A stretch of DNA of 61,890 bases, counting the filler. It is 6 parts of 6 records of this genome, joined end to end, with 100 filler letters (N's around TTAATTAATTAA, not from the genome) between each part and the next. Parts side by side here need not be neighbours in the genome. Positions count along the whole stretch, not along the records: positions 1 to 14,196 come from SRR16203515_14834; 5 more parts are not named here. One strand, given 5' to 3'. Below, one piece after another: positions 1 to 11,321 of the stretch. How positions within the stretch are numbered: position 1 is the first letter of the stretch; each line of letters starts with the position of its first letter. The notes under the pieces were generated by a model, which was not told where the DNA came from, ran no database searches, and saw nothing but the letters and a program-made list of their open reading frames with translations. Made by a program: the position numbers and the translations under genes.

Positions 1-438
1 TTCCCTCATGTAGCCTATAGCTCCTGGTGTCGCTTCTAATAATTCAACCAGTTCATCTATAGATGAAACTCGTGTTGGCGTGATCCCTTGCCCAGAATAC
101 GTTAGCTGATCCCACAAACGTGACAATTGATAAGGAAACATTTTCAGCGTTTCGCGGCAAAACGATTTGTGTAGGGGCGCGCGATCATCTAACACAAAAA
201 CATGAATCTTAGTGCCATTGCTCCAATACTGTCGATGACCGGTGAATATCTGGCGCAGTTCGGTTTGTGTAAGTACTTGTTGTGATACGCTGCTGTTGAC
301 TATTACGGTGGTATCTGCGGCCAACGCAAACGCAGGCCATACCAACAAACTACAGGCAATTAGCGCCTTTAGATGAGGGGGACAACGTCGATTTTTGCAA
401 AAATTCCGTAACAGTTCGGACGTTATCTTCAAAAGCAC
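1..438 (-). CDS. Periplasmic binding-protein-like secreted protein, 3' end runs off the window
   Basis: Not in ORF track. Manual translation from GTG at 438 is open to base 1: signal-like LIACSLLVWPAFALA, then VIVNSSV...ELRQIFTGHRQYWSNG...LWDQLTYSGQG...TPGAIGY, resembling small PBP-fold proteins often labelled phosphate ABC substrate-binding. Confidence 0.65.
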   Translation of the reverse strand, partial: MLLKITSELLRNFCKNRRCPPHLKALIACSLLVWPAFALAADTTVIVNSSVSQQVLTQTELRQIFTGHRQYWSNGTKIHVFVLDDRAPLHKSFCRETLKMFPYQLSRLWDQLTYSGQGITPTRVSSIDELVELLEATPGAIGYMRE

Positions 439-524
439 ATCTCCCTGTTCTTTAGTCTTGGATATTACCGCTGATTTTAGTGTAGATAATGGTGCGGCAT
501 TTTTCACCCAATGACTATACATCG

Positions 525-1550
525 TTAGTTTAAAATTTCATTCACTTGCTGAGCCACCGCTTGGTAGCTAATTTGCGCCATTAAGTGCTGCCCTTTTGCT
601 CTTACGCCCCACGGTAGCGCATCCCATGGTTTTCCTTTTTGCGCTAGCACACAGCTTTCGTACACAGACACCGTTTGCTCAATATTATTATAGGGGCCAG
701 TACGGCGTGGATTTGAGTGGGCATACAAGCCGATAACTGGGGTACCCACAGTTGTTGCCATATGTGCCGGCCCTGTGTCTGGTGCAATCACCAAGGTGGC
801 ATGCTTTAACAACATAAGCAATTGATGGAGCGATGTTTGGCCGGTGAAATCAGCTGAAATTTTCGCCTTATGAGATAAGATAGCCTGTGAAGTCTGCTTG
901 TCCAACTTACCGGGGCCGCCGCATAACACTACCTTCTTGCCTTTTTCGTGTAAGTCATTAGCGAGACGCGCGTACCTTTCAGGCAACCAATTACGCTCAG
1001 CCTTGCTTGCGGCAGGGGCGATAACCACATAATTACCTAACTCTGCTGCCCGCTCTTTGCCCCAGCTTTCATCATCAGGCGTTACCGGAATATTCCAGCT
1101 TGGTGCGGCTACTGGGGGTACGCCGAGGGCATCGGCAAAATCCATAAAGCCGTCTAACACGTGAGCGTGTTGATGTGGACGAATGCGCTGGTTAGCAAAC
1201 AACCAGTGCAACTCTTTACTTCTAGCCCAGTCAAAACCAATACGCTGGCGGGCTTTAATAACCCGAGACGCTAGGTTTGCTCTTAATGCCACCTGCATCA
1301 TCAATAAGGCATCAAATACCTCACCCTTCACGGCTTGTTTAAGACTTTCTACGGCAGCTTTTCCCTGCGACTTATCGAAGATAATAAAGCGTACATTAGG
1401 GATTAATTTCACTAGCTGATATTCAATTTTGCCAATCACCCAGGTGATTTCGGCGTCAGGCCAGTGTTGCTGTATTCGGTTTACCATTGCCGCGGCGTGA
1501 CACACATCGCCAATTGCCGATAGACGCATTAAACAAATCTTTTTTCCCAC
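525..1550 (-). CDS. Glycosyltransferase family 9 (LPS heptosyltransferase-like)
   Basis: RLSAIGDV N-terminal motif and DTGPAHMA motif; divergent from kdkA. Confidence 0.9.
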   Translation of the reverse strand: MGKKICLMRLSAIGDVCHAAAMVNRIQQHWPDAEITWVIGKIEYQLVKLIPNVRFIIFDKSQGKAAVESLKQAVKGEVFDALLMMQVALRANLASRVIKARQRIGFDWARSKELHWLFANQRIRPHQHAHVLDGFMDFADALGVPPVAAPSWNIPVTPDDESWGKERAAELGNYVVIAPAASKAERNWLPERYARLANDLHEKGKKVVLCGGPGKLDKQTSQAILSHKAKISADFTGQTSLHQLLMLLKHATLVIAPDTGPAHMATTVGTPVIGLYAHSNPRRTGPYNNIEQTVSVYESCVLAQKGKPWDALPWGVRAKGQHLMAQISYQAVAQQVNEILN

Positions 1551-1613
1551 AGAAGCGCTCTCGTTGCTGAAATACCAGAAGAAATCGTTAGAATGGTAAA
1601 TTTACCATAAGTT

Positions 1614-2890
<1,277 letters not shown>

Positions 2891-2930
2891 CGTTAGATCA
2901 CCGTCTTATTGATTAATAAGCAAGCGCCAA

Positions 2931-3740
2931 CTAACGCTGGCAGCGTTTACAGTAAAAGGTATTACGCTGCCCAATGACCTTGCTAACAATAGCTTCGCCA
3001 CAGTGTTCGCACGGCTCGCCTTTCCTACCATAGACGTTTAATTGCTGCGCAAAATAACCCGGATTACCATCGGTTTGAGCAAAGTCTTTCAGCGTAGTGC
3101 CTCCTTGCTCGATAGCTTTTGCTAGCACTTGCTTGATAGTAGCGGTCAGCACCTGGTAGCGCGCTAAGCTAATATTACCCGCTTGCCGAGTGGGGCTAAT
3201 ACCCGCTAGAAACAGTGCTTCGTTGGCATAAATGTTCCCTACCCCCACTACCACCGCATTGTCCATGATAAAGGTTTTCACCGGGCTCTTTTTACCCCGC
3301 GAAAGCGTGTATAAACGATTATCATCAAAGGCCTCGGTTAATGGCTCTGGGCCTAGGTGCTCGAGCAAGTTTAAGCGCTCATTTGGCGGCTGAAATAACA
3401 GCGCGCCGAACCGACGTGGATCGTTGAACCGCAGACACTTACCCGATGCAAGTACAATATCAACATGATCATGCTTTATGGTAGGTACGGTGGCATCTAT
3501 CACTCTAAGCTTTCCCGACATCCCGAGGTGTAAGATGAGCGTTCCCACTTGGGTTTCTATCAGTAAGTACTTGGCGCGACGTTTTACTGCCGTGATTTTA
3601 TGCCCTTCCACCGTTGCAACCTCATGGGGAATGGGCCAGCGCATACGCCGTTCACGGACAATCACCTGACTTATCACTGTGTCTTGTAGATAGGGTAAAA
3701 CGCCTAAGCGGCTTACTTCAACTTCAGGTAATTCAGGCAT
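2931..3740 (-). CDS. mutM: Formamidopyrimidine-DNA glycosylase
   Basis: [21 protein letters not shown] and C-terminal CxxC...CxxC zinc finger. Confidence 0.98.
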   Translation of the reverse strand: MPELPEVEVSRLGVLPYLQDTVISQVIVRERRMRWPIPHEVATVEGHKITAVKRRAKYLLIETQVGTLILHLGMSGKLRVIDATVPTIKHDHVDIVLASGKCLRFNDPRRFGALLFQPPNERLNLLEHLGPEPLTEAFDDNRLYTLSRGKKSPVKTFIMDNAVVVGVGNIYANEALFLAGISPTRQAGNISLARYQVLTATIKQVLAKAIEQGGTTLKDFAQTDGNPGYFAQQLNVYGRKGEPCEHCGEAIVSKVIGQRNTFYCKRCQR

Positions 3741-3765
3741 AGACTACTCCGCTAACAACATAGGT

Positions 3766-4233
3766 TTAAGAAGGGGCCAACCAAGGCAGTAAGGTGTGCA
3801 GTTGCGCGTTTTCCAACCTATACCAGTCATTGTCTATTTTTACTTCTGTAGGATGGGTATTGGGGTAAAAGGCATACACTAGCCCCTGGGGTTGTCCGGC
3901 TAACCACACCACCACCACAATAGGAGTACCTGCCGAAGCTTCATCGGTAAGAGGCGCTGACACTAATTGGGCAGCTTGCCAGGCCGCGTATTGCTGATTC
4001 GCAGTTACGCTTACAGGCGCAACAGGAGACACCTGTCGCCAACTTTGGCCAACACGCTCTAGCTTATGGTTATCTTGTACTATTTTGAGCACATAGGCGC
4101 TTTCAGGAAGCAGAGGGCGCTGTTCGGTAGGTTTTGGTGGGGGTAATAAACTGTCTAGATTAAACAACGCAATCATTATTAGCATAGTAATAATCACTAC
4201 GTTGTTCATTGCTCGCTGTGAAAGTCGTAACAC
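3766..4233 (-). CDS. Hypothetical membrane-anchored protein
   Basis: 155-aa ORF with an N-terminal hydrophobic helix, directly upstream of mutM. Confidence 0.7.
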   Translation of the reverse strand: MLRLSQRAMNNVVIITMLIMIALFNLDSLLPPPKPTEQRPLLPESAYVLKIVQDNHKLERVGQSWRQVSPVAPVSVTANQQYAAWQAAQLVSAPLTDEASAGTPIVVVVWLAGQPQGLVYAFYPNTHPTEVKIDNDWYRLENAQLHTLLPWLAPS

Positions 4234-4304
4234 AAACTGCCCTACCCTGAGATATTCAGCATATGGTAATGCTATCTGCCTCGACTTTCCACTTTAGCTC
4301 ACGC

Positions 4305-4330
4305 AAAAAACCCGGCAAGCGCCGGGTTTT
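4305..4330 (-). terminator. Intrinsic terminator of rpmBG
   Basis: AAAAAACCCGGC-AAGC-GCCGGGTTTT hairpin with U-tract on the minus strand. Confidence 0.85.
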
Positions 4331-4353
4331 CGTGGAGACAAAAGCAAGTTTGT

Positions 4354-4509
4354 TTACTTGATTTTTGCCTCTTTGAACATAACGTGCTTACGTACAACGG
4401 GATCAAACTTTTTGATTTCCATTTTACCAGGCATGTTACGCTTGTTCTTATCAGTGGTGTAGAAGAAACCTGTACCTGCTGAAGAAACTAGTTTAATTTT
4501 ATCACGCAT
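4354..4509 (-). CDS. rpmG: 50S ribosomal protein L33
   Basis: Below the ORF-track size cutoff; manual translation [51 protein letters not shown]. Confidence 0.97.
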   Translation of the reverse strand: MRDKIKLVSSAGTGFFYTTDKNKRNMPGKMEIKKFDPVVRKHVMFKEAKIK

Positions 4510-4520
4510 TGTTGGCTTCC

Positions 4521-4757
4521 TTAGATTTTCTCACCACGGGCACGCATATCAGTTAATACTGAATCGATACCTTTTTTGTCGATGATACGCATGCCTTTTG
4601 CAGACAAACGTAGCTTAACGAAACGGCTCTCACTCTCAACCCAAAAACGGTGAGTTTGAAGGTTTGGCAAAAAGCGACGACGTGTCGCATTTCTTGCGTG
4701 CGAACGGTTATTACCAACCGTAGGACGCTTACCTGTTACTTGACATACTCTTGACAT
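4521..4757 (-). CDS. rpmB: 50S ribosomal protein L28
   Basis: [12 protein letters not shown]...RRRFLPNLQ, 78 aa; GGAG RBS upstream. Confidence 0.98.
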   Translation of the reverse strand: MSRVCQVTGKRPTVGNNRSHARNATRRRFLPNLQTHRFWVESESRFVKLRLSAKGMRIIDKKGIDSVLTDMRARGEKI

Positions 4758-5125
4758 TGTATTTGTCTCCAGAACAACGATAACTGTCGCGCCAGTCAAT
4801 CCCACGGCTCAAACAGTCGTTGGGTCAAATGACGTATTACTATAAATTAGAGGGCGCATTTTATACAGCAAAGCCCTGACTATTTCAATAAGAAAGTAAA
4901 AAAAGCGCGATATTTGTTCATCAAAACGGCTAATTTAATGCTTTCGCGTGTTTTATCCACAAAAAGCTGTACTTTTTATATAAATACTCGTCTGTAATAA
5001 TTGTTACATATTGACGCTCGCGGGGTATACTAAACCACAACCGAGACATTCTCTACTATTAGAATTAATCAGTATCGGCGCAGAATTTGTCAGCCTGCTG
5101 TAAATTAAGTAATTGGAGCCATTGT

Positions 5126-6205
5126 ATGGTGGGCAAAGTTCTTTTTGACGTTCAACACCTGTACTACATTCCACAATATCTTCCAGTCGCGCACTCGTTG
5201 CGTGAAAGCGGCGTATCCTGTTTGTTCGTGTTGCACAATGAGCCCGACTTCGATGATATAAAAGTGGCGACGCTTACCGAAGAACAGTTCGACTTTTGTT
5301 TTATTAGTGGCAAAGATCAAGCCTTGGCGTTTTATCAAAAGCAAGAGGCTGACTGGGTAATATTTGGCAACATGCCGCCGTTTAGTGCGGCAGACAAACA
5401 GCAAATCCCTGCAAAACTGGCGCTATTGCAACATGGCATTGGGCCTAAGTCGTGCTATTACACGGTATCGGAATTTCCTTTTGACGTGCGTTTTGTGGAA
5501 GGCCAGAGCCGCTTGTCTCGCCTGCAACAGATGTATCCAGATAAAACCTTTATTGATACCGGTTATGCGAAGCTCGACCCCTTACTAGATGGAAGCAAGC
5601 CAAGTTTAACTCTGTTACAACTTGGGCTAGATGAATCAAAACCAACCATTATTTATGCGCCCACGTTTTTCCCCAGTAGCATAGAGCGCTTTGCCGATAA
5701 TTGGCCTGCCGCGTTAGATCAGTTTAATGTTATTATAAAGCCTCACTTTTTTAGTGTTACCAAAGCAAAATATCAGGCGCAACGCGACAAGTTAATTCAA
5801 TGGGCAAAGTACCAGCATGTGTACGTAGCAAAAACCGAAGAGTTTTGCTTACTACCCTTTATGCACCTTGCCGATGTGATGTTGTCTGATGCGTCATCTG
5901 CCATCTTTGAATTTGCCGCTCTTGATAAGCCCGTGGTGTGGTGTGATTTCGCCCGTACCCGTTGGAGCTACGCAGGCATTCTACGTTTCCGGCTTAAACG
6001 GCGTCTTGATAGCGATCTAACATTGTTCAATGATATTGCTCACCGCGCGAAAAACCCCGGTCAAGCAAATACCTTGCTAAAGCACTGTGTAAAGGCGCCG
6101 AGCGAAAAGCAAAAACAACGTCGCTCCATTACAGAAGTCATGGTTGGCAAAACCGACGGACGATGCAGCCAGCGTATTGCAGACTATTTAACTCAAACCA
6201 ACTAG
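5126..6205 (+). CDS. CDP-glycerol glycerophosphotransferase family protein (TagB/TagF-like)
   Basis: QHG, TGYAKLD, IYAPTF, KPH and LSDASSAIFEFAALDKPVV motifs; start placed at MVGKVLFD behind GGAG. Confidence 0.8.
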   Translation: MVGKVLFDVQHLYYIPQYLPVAHSLRESGVSCLFVLHNEPDFDDIKVATLTEEQFDFCFISGKDQALAFYQKQEADWVIFGNMPPFSAADKQQIPAKLALLQHGIGPKSCYYTVSEFPFDVRFVEGQSRLSRLQQMYPDKTFIDTGYAKLDPLLDGSKPSLTLLQLGLDESKPTIIYAPTFFPSSIERFADNWPAALDQFNVIIKPHFFSVTKAKYQAQRDKLIQWAKYQHVYVAKTEEFCLLPFMHLADVMLSDASSAIFEFAALDKPVVWCDFARTRWSYAGILRFRLKRRLDSDLTLFNDIAHRAKNPGQANTLLKHCVKAPSEKQKQRRSITEVMVGKTDGRCSQRIADYLTQTN

Positions 6206-6213
6206 GTGAAAAC

Positions 6214-6612
6214 GTGCGAAGAATAATTACATTTGGCACCTTTGATGTGCTGCATATTGGGCACATACGCATTCTTAAACGTGCGCGAGAGCACGGCGAT
6301 TATTTGATTGTGGGTTTATCATCCGACGAGCTTAATTTTAGTAAGAAAGGGCGCAACCCTATTTACCCCTTTGCTAGCAGAAAAGAGTTACTTACCTCAA
6401 TGCGCTTTGTTGACGAAGTCTTTATGGAAGAGTCGTTAGATAAAAAACGCGAATATATTGTGAATAGCAAGGCTGATGTACTGGTTATGGGTGACGACTG
6501 GGAAGGCAAATTCGATGAGTTTAAGGATGTGTGTGAGGTGGTTTATCTTCCTCGAACGCCATCAATATCTACCACCGAAATTATCGAGATCATCAAGGAC
6601 TCAAACGGATGA
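6214..6612 (+). CDS. tagD: Glycerol-3-phosphate cytidylyltransferase (TagD-like)
   Basis: ITFGTFDVLHIGH, MGDDWEGKFD and YLPRTPSISTT motifs; GTG start at 6214. Confidence 0.85.
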   Translation: MRRIITFGTFDVLHIGHIRILKRAREHGDYLIVGLSSDELNFSKKGRNPIYPFASRKELLTSMRFVDEVFMEESLDKKREYIVNSKADVLVMGDDWEGKFDEFKDVCEVVYLPRTPSISTTEIIEIIKDSNG

Positions 6613-7631
6613 GATTCCTGCTGTACCTTTCTCAAAACTATTCCTTTGAAATTTTACGCCCTCTTGCCAAAGCCATGCTCGAAGAGGATCATGAGGTAAA
6701 ATGGTTTGTGGAAGGCAACAAAGTTAATCGGCAGTTATTTACACCCGCAGAAACCCTGCTAGCCTCTGTTGATGCGGCAGTGGCTTTTCAACCTGACGCA
6801 GTTTTTCTACCCGGCAATGTAGTACCTTCTTTTATACCAGGGTTAAAAGTACAGCTATTTCATGGCTTTGAATGGAAGAAGAAAGGGCACTTTAAAATTA
6901 GAGAGTGTTTCGACCTATACTGCACCCAAGGCCCCTTTTTTACTGAAAAGTTTCTGGCGCTACGACAAGCCCATCCTCACTTTACGGTAAAAGAAACCGG
7001 CTGGCCTAAACTTGACCCACTTTTTGCGATGCACGCGGGTGACACGCCAGCAGAAACATCTGCTCAAATTCTCTACGCCCCTACATTTTCCCCAAGTTTT
7101 ACCTCAGCCAGTAGCTTGTATGATGAAATTGTTCAGCTTAGCCACCAGCAGCCTTGGGTATGGAAAATAAAGTTTCATCCTAAAATGGAGCCCAGCGTTG
7201 TTGAAAAATATAAGGCGGCGCAGCATCAGAAGTTAGTTGTGGTAGAAGATGCTTCCATTCTTCCTCTGCTTAGTAGCAGCGATATCATGTTGTCAGACAC
7301 CTCGTCAGCCATTACTGAATTTTTGTTATTAAATAAACCTGTGGTGACCTTCAATAATGCACAACCTGAACCTGTGCTTATTAATATAACCGCAGCCAGT
7401 GAACTGGCGAATGGCCTTAATCAGGCCTTAGCCCGCGACCACGAGCTTATGTCGGCGATTAAGCGCTACAGCGAGCGTATGCACCCCTATAACGATGGTA
7501 AGTCGGCACAGCGGGTTTTAGCGGCCACCATTGAAGAAATTCATGCCTTTCCACGACAAGACAATGTGGGCAAACCGCGAAACTGGTTTAGAAACTTAAA
7601 GCTAAGAAAGCGGCTTAATTACTGGCGTTGA
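6609..7631 (+). CDS. CDP-glycerol glycerophosphotransferase family protein (second paralog)
   Basis: FHG, TGWPKLD, LYAPTF, KFHP and LSDTSSAITEFLLLNKPVV; ATGA overlap with tagD. Confidence 0.8.
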   Translation: MRFLLYLSQNYSFEILRPLAKAMLEEDHEVKWFVEGNKVNRQLFTPAETLLASVDAAVAFQPDAVFLPGNVVPSFIPGLKVQLFHGFEWKKKGHFKIRECFDLYCTQGPFFTEKFLALRQAHPHFTVKETGWPKLDPLFAMHAGDTPAETSAQILYAPTFSPSFTSASSLYDEIVQLSHQQPWVWKIKFHPKMEPSVVEKYKAAQHQKLVVVEDASILPLLSSSDIMLSDTSSAITEFLLLNKPVVTFNNAQPEPVLINITAASELANGLNQALARDHELMSAIKRYSERMHPYNDGKSAQRVLAATIEEIHAFPRQDNVGKPRNWFRNLKLRKRLNYWR

Positions 7632-7639
7632 TGACGAAC

Positions 7640-7666
7640 AAAAAAGGGAGCCTAGGCTCCCTTCTT
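7640..7666. terminator. Bidirectional terminator between convergent operons
   Basis: AAAAAAGGGAGCCTAGGCTCCCTTCTT. Confidence 0.8.
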
Positions 7667-7683
7667 GTTATCTATGAATTTTG

Positions 7684-9801
7684 CTAGTCGTAAAACGGCG
7701 AGCGCACTTCCGTGCTGTCAATTAAACGTACTGGCCGTCTTAGCATTTGACCACCATCTCGAGAAATAGGCACCCAAGGGAACATCCCCCTTCCTTTCGT
7801 GGGTTGTAAGAAGAACAAGTCTGAGGGAATAGAGATATAGAAGCCTTTAGTAAAGCTACCCTCGCCGTATTCTTCTGAAGACACATCGGTAAAGGCCGCA
7901 TAGGCACCGACAATGATCCCACTGTCAAAGCGCTTGGCAAAATCTAAGTTAATCCCTTTGTCTTTGGCCAGGAACTGACCTACGCTTGCAGTGATTTGCG
8001 TGCCTTCAAGGTACTCAGGCTGATAGTAAACGCTGGCGTGACCGGTAATCGCTTCATAGTCAATTGTGCCTAGTTTGCTATAAGGGTCGCGCTGCTTCAC
8101 ATAGTTAATATCAATACCGTACGCTAAGCGGCTATCAACCGGCCGATACAACAGCTCGCCCCCGACACCAGCGAACATAGTTTCAAGGTAACCACCATAT
8201 ACCTGACCAAACACATTTTCACTCACTTTATCTTTATAGTGTACGAAAGCTGTATCTAAGCCGATAGGATTTTCAGATACATATTCCCTGACTCTCGTTC
8301 TTACTCTCGGTAACGCAGAATTTTCTTTATCTACCAAAAAGTTAAACTTATCAAAATTATCGAGTAGGCTTACTCTCGCGCTGGTTAGGAACGATAGCTT
8401 GTTATTTACCGCGTAGCCGCCGCTCAACACTAATCCTGCTTGGTAAAGGTAAAAGTCTTCAGGGTTACCAAAGGACTGAGTAAAGAAGGTATCTGCGCTA
8501 TAGAACAAGCCTCCGATATTGGATGCATCAAAAGAATTTTCTATATCTTCCGACGGTGCAGTACGGACGTAAGTGGTGGTTAAGTCATTCTCTAATGATT
8601 CGTAGCGAGCTGCAGAAATAAAAGATTCTGCATCCACTTTCGTATCCACCATAAGAAGACCACCGCTACTATCGACGATGTGATAAGTTTCAACGGAATC
8701 TGGCAACTCTGAAGCAACAATTCTACCGACACGCTCTATAGCTTCACTTTCATCTCGATAGGCATACTGCCGACCGTAAAATGTAGCTTCACTCTCTGTA
8801 ATATTAGCATCGGTAAGGGCAAACCCTGCCGAACGATATAAAGTATTGTAAAGCCGCGATTTATCCACGTTATCAATATCGTTTGGCACCTTACGCACAG
8901 CTAGTGAACGCGGCGGATCATCAAACTTTATCTGACTCACCGTGTTCATATTAAATCGATAAGTGAAACCAAAACCCAAGGTATTGCCCCGCTGATAGTT
9001 TACACTCACATCTAGGTTTTCAAGGCGGTATACCGCGCCTATATTCCAGCGGGTATCTTGTTGCAACTCGCCAGCGCGATCGCGGGAGTAATTATTGCCC
9101 TCAAACTCTAGCTTTAGGGTGAGAGGCTTCCAAGGTGTTTGGTACTCTATACCACCAAAAAATGCGGCATCACCAGTAAAAAACTGTTGGTAGTCTACCT
9201 TTCCACCACGACCAGAAAAGCCCGTCGGTCTCTCGCAAAAATGTTCACGGAACTCGCACAAAGGATTGCTTATATCTCCGGTGGTGCCTAGATAGCCCCA
9301 ACCTAGCCCTAAGTGAACATCTACCGGGCCAAATGATTTACTGGCGTTGATATATTCACTCTCAAAAAAGCCAGTGCCACCAAAGTCACGAAAGCCCACC
9401 GAAATATCGGGCAAATAATAGCTTTCTTTCCATAACCTAAACTTTACGTCTAGGCCTTTATCTTTAAGGGTTTGATCGCCACTAAAAGACTCCACATTAC
9501 TGTAGAATCGTGTTCTCACATCGGTATACCGGGCAGTTGCTTCCATCCAATCGAACAATTGAAGGTTTACCGACCAGAAACGATATTCTCCATTGTCGGT
9601 ATAATTCGCGGCAAAACCGCCTTCTTCACGCATTCTCGCAGTTGGCGTTTGAATAAGCCCATTGCCCCCTTGCACCATCTGCGACGGTGTCACCGCAATA
9701 GTAGAGTCGTTACCGGTTGAATTGGCGACAGCCGAAAAAGGGCAAATACTGCTAATGATGAGAGCTAAAGCCGTTTTCTTTAAAGGAAGATTGGCACTCA
9801 T
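7684..9801 (-). CDS. yjbH: YjbH/GfcD family outer-membrane protein (group 4 capsule locus)
   Basis: 705 aa with signal peptide; GLIQTPTARM, LPRVRT, YLETMFAGVGGE, YGEGSFTKG and RDGGQ motifs. Confidence 0.9.
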   Translation of the reverse strand: MSANLPLKKTALALIISSICPFSAVANSTGNDSTIAVTPSQMVQGGNGLIQTPTARMREEGGFAANYTDNGEYRFWSVNLQLFDWMEATARYTDVRTRFYSNVESFSGDQTLKDKGLDVKFRLWKESYYLPDISVGFRDFGGTGFFESEYINASKSFGPVDVHLGLGWGYLGTTGDISNPLCEFREHFCERPTGFSGRGGKVDYQQFFTGDAAFFGGIEYQTPWKPLTLKLEFEGNNYSRDRAGELQQDTRWNIGAVYRLENLDVSVNYQRGNTLGFGFTYRFNMNTVSQIKFDDPPRSLAVRKVPNDIDNVDKSRLYNTLYRSAGFALTDANITESEATFYGRQYAYRDESEAIERVGRIVASELPDSVETYHIVDSSGGLLMVDTKVDAESFISAARYESLENDLTTTYVRTAPSEDIENSFDASNIGGLFYSADTFFTQSFGNPEDFYLYQAGLVLSGGYAVNNKLSFLTSARVSLLDNFDKFNFLVDKENSALPRVRTRVREYVSENPIGLDTAFVHYKDKVSENVFGQVYGGYLETMFAGVGGELLYRPVDSRLAYGIDINYVKQRDPYSKLGTIDYEAITGHASVYYQPEYLEGTQITASVGQFLAKDKGINLDFAKRFDSGIIVGAYAAFTDVSSEEYGEGSFTKGFYISIPSDLFFLQPTKGRGMFPWVPISRDGGQMLRRPVRLIDSTEVRSPFYD

Positions 9802-10538
9802 TGAGGAAGAATCCTATGTACTGCTAAATTTGCGATGCGCTGATTTAATCTATCCAGCGTTTTACCAACTAACTGTTCTTGTATAGGAACATACACTTGG
9901 CTACCCGGCATAAGCTGTGCGTAATTTATATTCCAATACGCAATACCACGCTGGCTCACATTACCATCTGGCGCAATAACATATACGCTACTGCGATCGG
10001 CGCCGGGCTGGTTTTTAACATTATTAGTGACAGTGTAAAGTGAGTTACTAGTGTGCTTATAAGCTCCCGGAGTGGCAACAGCACCAGTAAAATGCACCAC
10101 TGTGGGCCGGCCTGTTAGGCGAAGTAAGTATTTACCATGTTGAAATTTTGGATTCTCGTGCATGAATAAACGCGCTCGATTATAAGACACCGGTATTTTC
10201 ACCCGTGTAGCCACTGTCCATGACGCAACTTGCGCGTATAAATTCTCTAGTAACCGATAAGATGCAGATTGTGGTTCATAGCGACTTAATAATTCTCGAA
10301 TTGTAGATAATACCGCCTCTTTTTCTCTCTCTGCTGTGGCATCATTTAAGTCAAACACCCCAGAGGCAGGCCAATACCAATCACCTGAATTCGCAACAAT
10401 AGAAAGTACACTGGACAATCTAACTGGGTGTTCGAACTCATAAGGCTGATTATTTATCAAAATAGTCACTTGTGCAGATGCCGCACATGACGTCATCCAC
10501 GCGGCTATGCCTATCAAAGCGAGTTTCCAAACTTTCAT
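9798..10538 (-). CDS. yjbG: YjbG/GfcC family capsule biosynthesis protein
   Basis: Signal peptide, VYVIAPDG...AYWN...PGSQVYVP; operon position. Confidence 0.8.
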   Translation of the reverse strand: MKVWKLALIGIAAWMTSCAASAQVTILINNQPYEFEHPVRLSSVLSIVANSGDWYWPASGVFDLNDATAEREKEAVLSTIRELLSRYEPQSASYRLLENLYAQVASWTVATRVKIPVSYNRARLFMHENPKFQHGKYLLRLTGRPTVVHFTGAVATPGAYKHTSNSLYTVTNNVKNQPGADRSSVYVIAPDGNVSQRGIAYWNINYAQLMPGSQVYVPIQEQLVGKTLDRLNQRIANLAVHRILPQ

Positions 10539-11227
10539 CGTGATACTGCTCCTCTACGCTGAAGTAAACGAACCACGCGGCTTAGATAAACCATATCGTA
10601 AACGTCACCCTGAGGGTTAAATTTTTGCGAAGACGATAATAGCTCTTTAGTTTTGGCATCTAAAAAATAGTGATTTTCCCAAGTGAGACCGGTATCAATG
10701 AAAGGTGTAGTATTAGGAAAATTCCTAGTTTCCGTAATTTTTAAGACCTTGATGGGAAACCCCAAATATTTATGAGTTTCTTCGCCTCGAATGCGCCATG
10801 AAGAAGATATTGGTAAACCATAGCCCACGTTTTCAATGTCTACCTTACGTAACCATTCATAAGCAAGATTATTACTACCAGCCAGAGGGTTATTTATGAG
10901 GTTACCTGTGTACTGCAAGTCACTATCTAGCCCTTCAGTTTGTACAATAACCCCATGATGTATTGTAACAAGTACGTTATCACCAGACACCCAACGATGC
11001 TTTTTTCCATCGATATATACTAGCGCTAAGGCAGCAAGACTGCGATCTCCAGCTTTGATTTGCATAAGATCCACTTTGCTATTAGCAATGTCCTCGAGGG
11101 TAAAAGATACGGCTCTATCCTCAAAAGCTAGCTGAAGTGTCTTAATGTAAGATTGTGTCGTGGTTGAACAACCACTCATTAATATAGAAATAAAGCCTGC
11201 TATTAGCAGAAAATAGAGAGTTTTCAT
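10535..11227 (-). CDS. yjbF: YjbF/GfcB family lipoprotein
   Basis: Lipobox MSGC, WVSGD...HGVIVQTEGL; operon position. Confidence 0.8.
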   Translation of the reverse strand: MKTLYFLLIAGFISILMSGCSTTTQSYIKTLQLAFEDRAVSFTLEDIANSKVDLMQIKAGDRSLAALALVYIDGKKHRWVSGDNVLVTIHHGVIVQTEGLDSDLQYTGNLINNPLAGSNNLAYEWLRKVDIENVGYGLPISSSWRIRGEETHKYLGFPIKVLKITETRNFPNTTPFIDTGLTWENHYFLDAKTKELLSSSQKFNPQGDVYDMVYLSRVVRLLQRRGAVSR

Positions 11228-11276
11228 TAACGCGTTTCAGTTACTAGATCGGAATAAGAGGGGTTGTCCTAACAAT

Positions 11277-11305
11277 AAAAAAGCCGCTAACAAAAGCGGC
11301 TTTTC
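11277..11305 (-). terminator. Terminator-like hairpin between the gfcA-like gene and gfcB
   Basis: AAAAAAGCCGCT-AACAAA-AGCGGCTTTT. Confidence 0.75.
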
Positions 11306-11321
11306 AGACAAGTCAGCTCTA

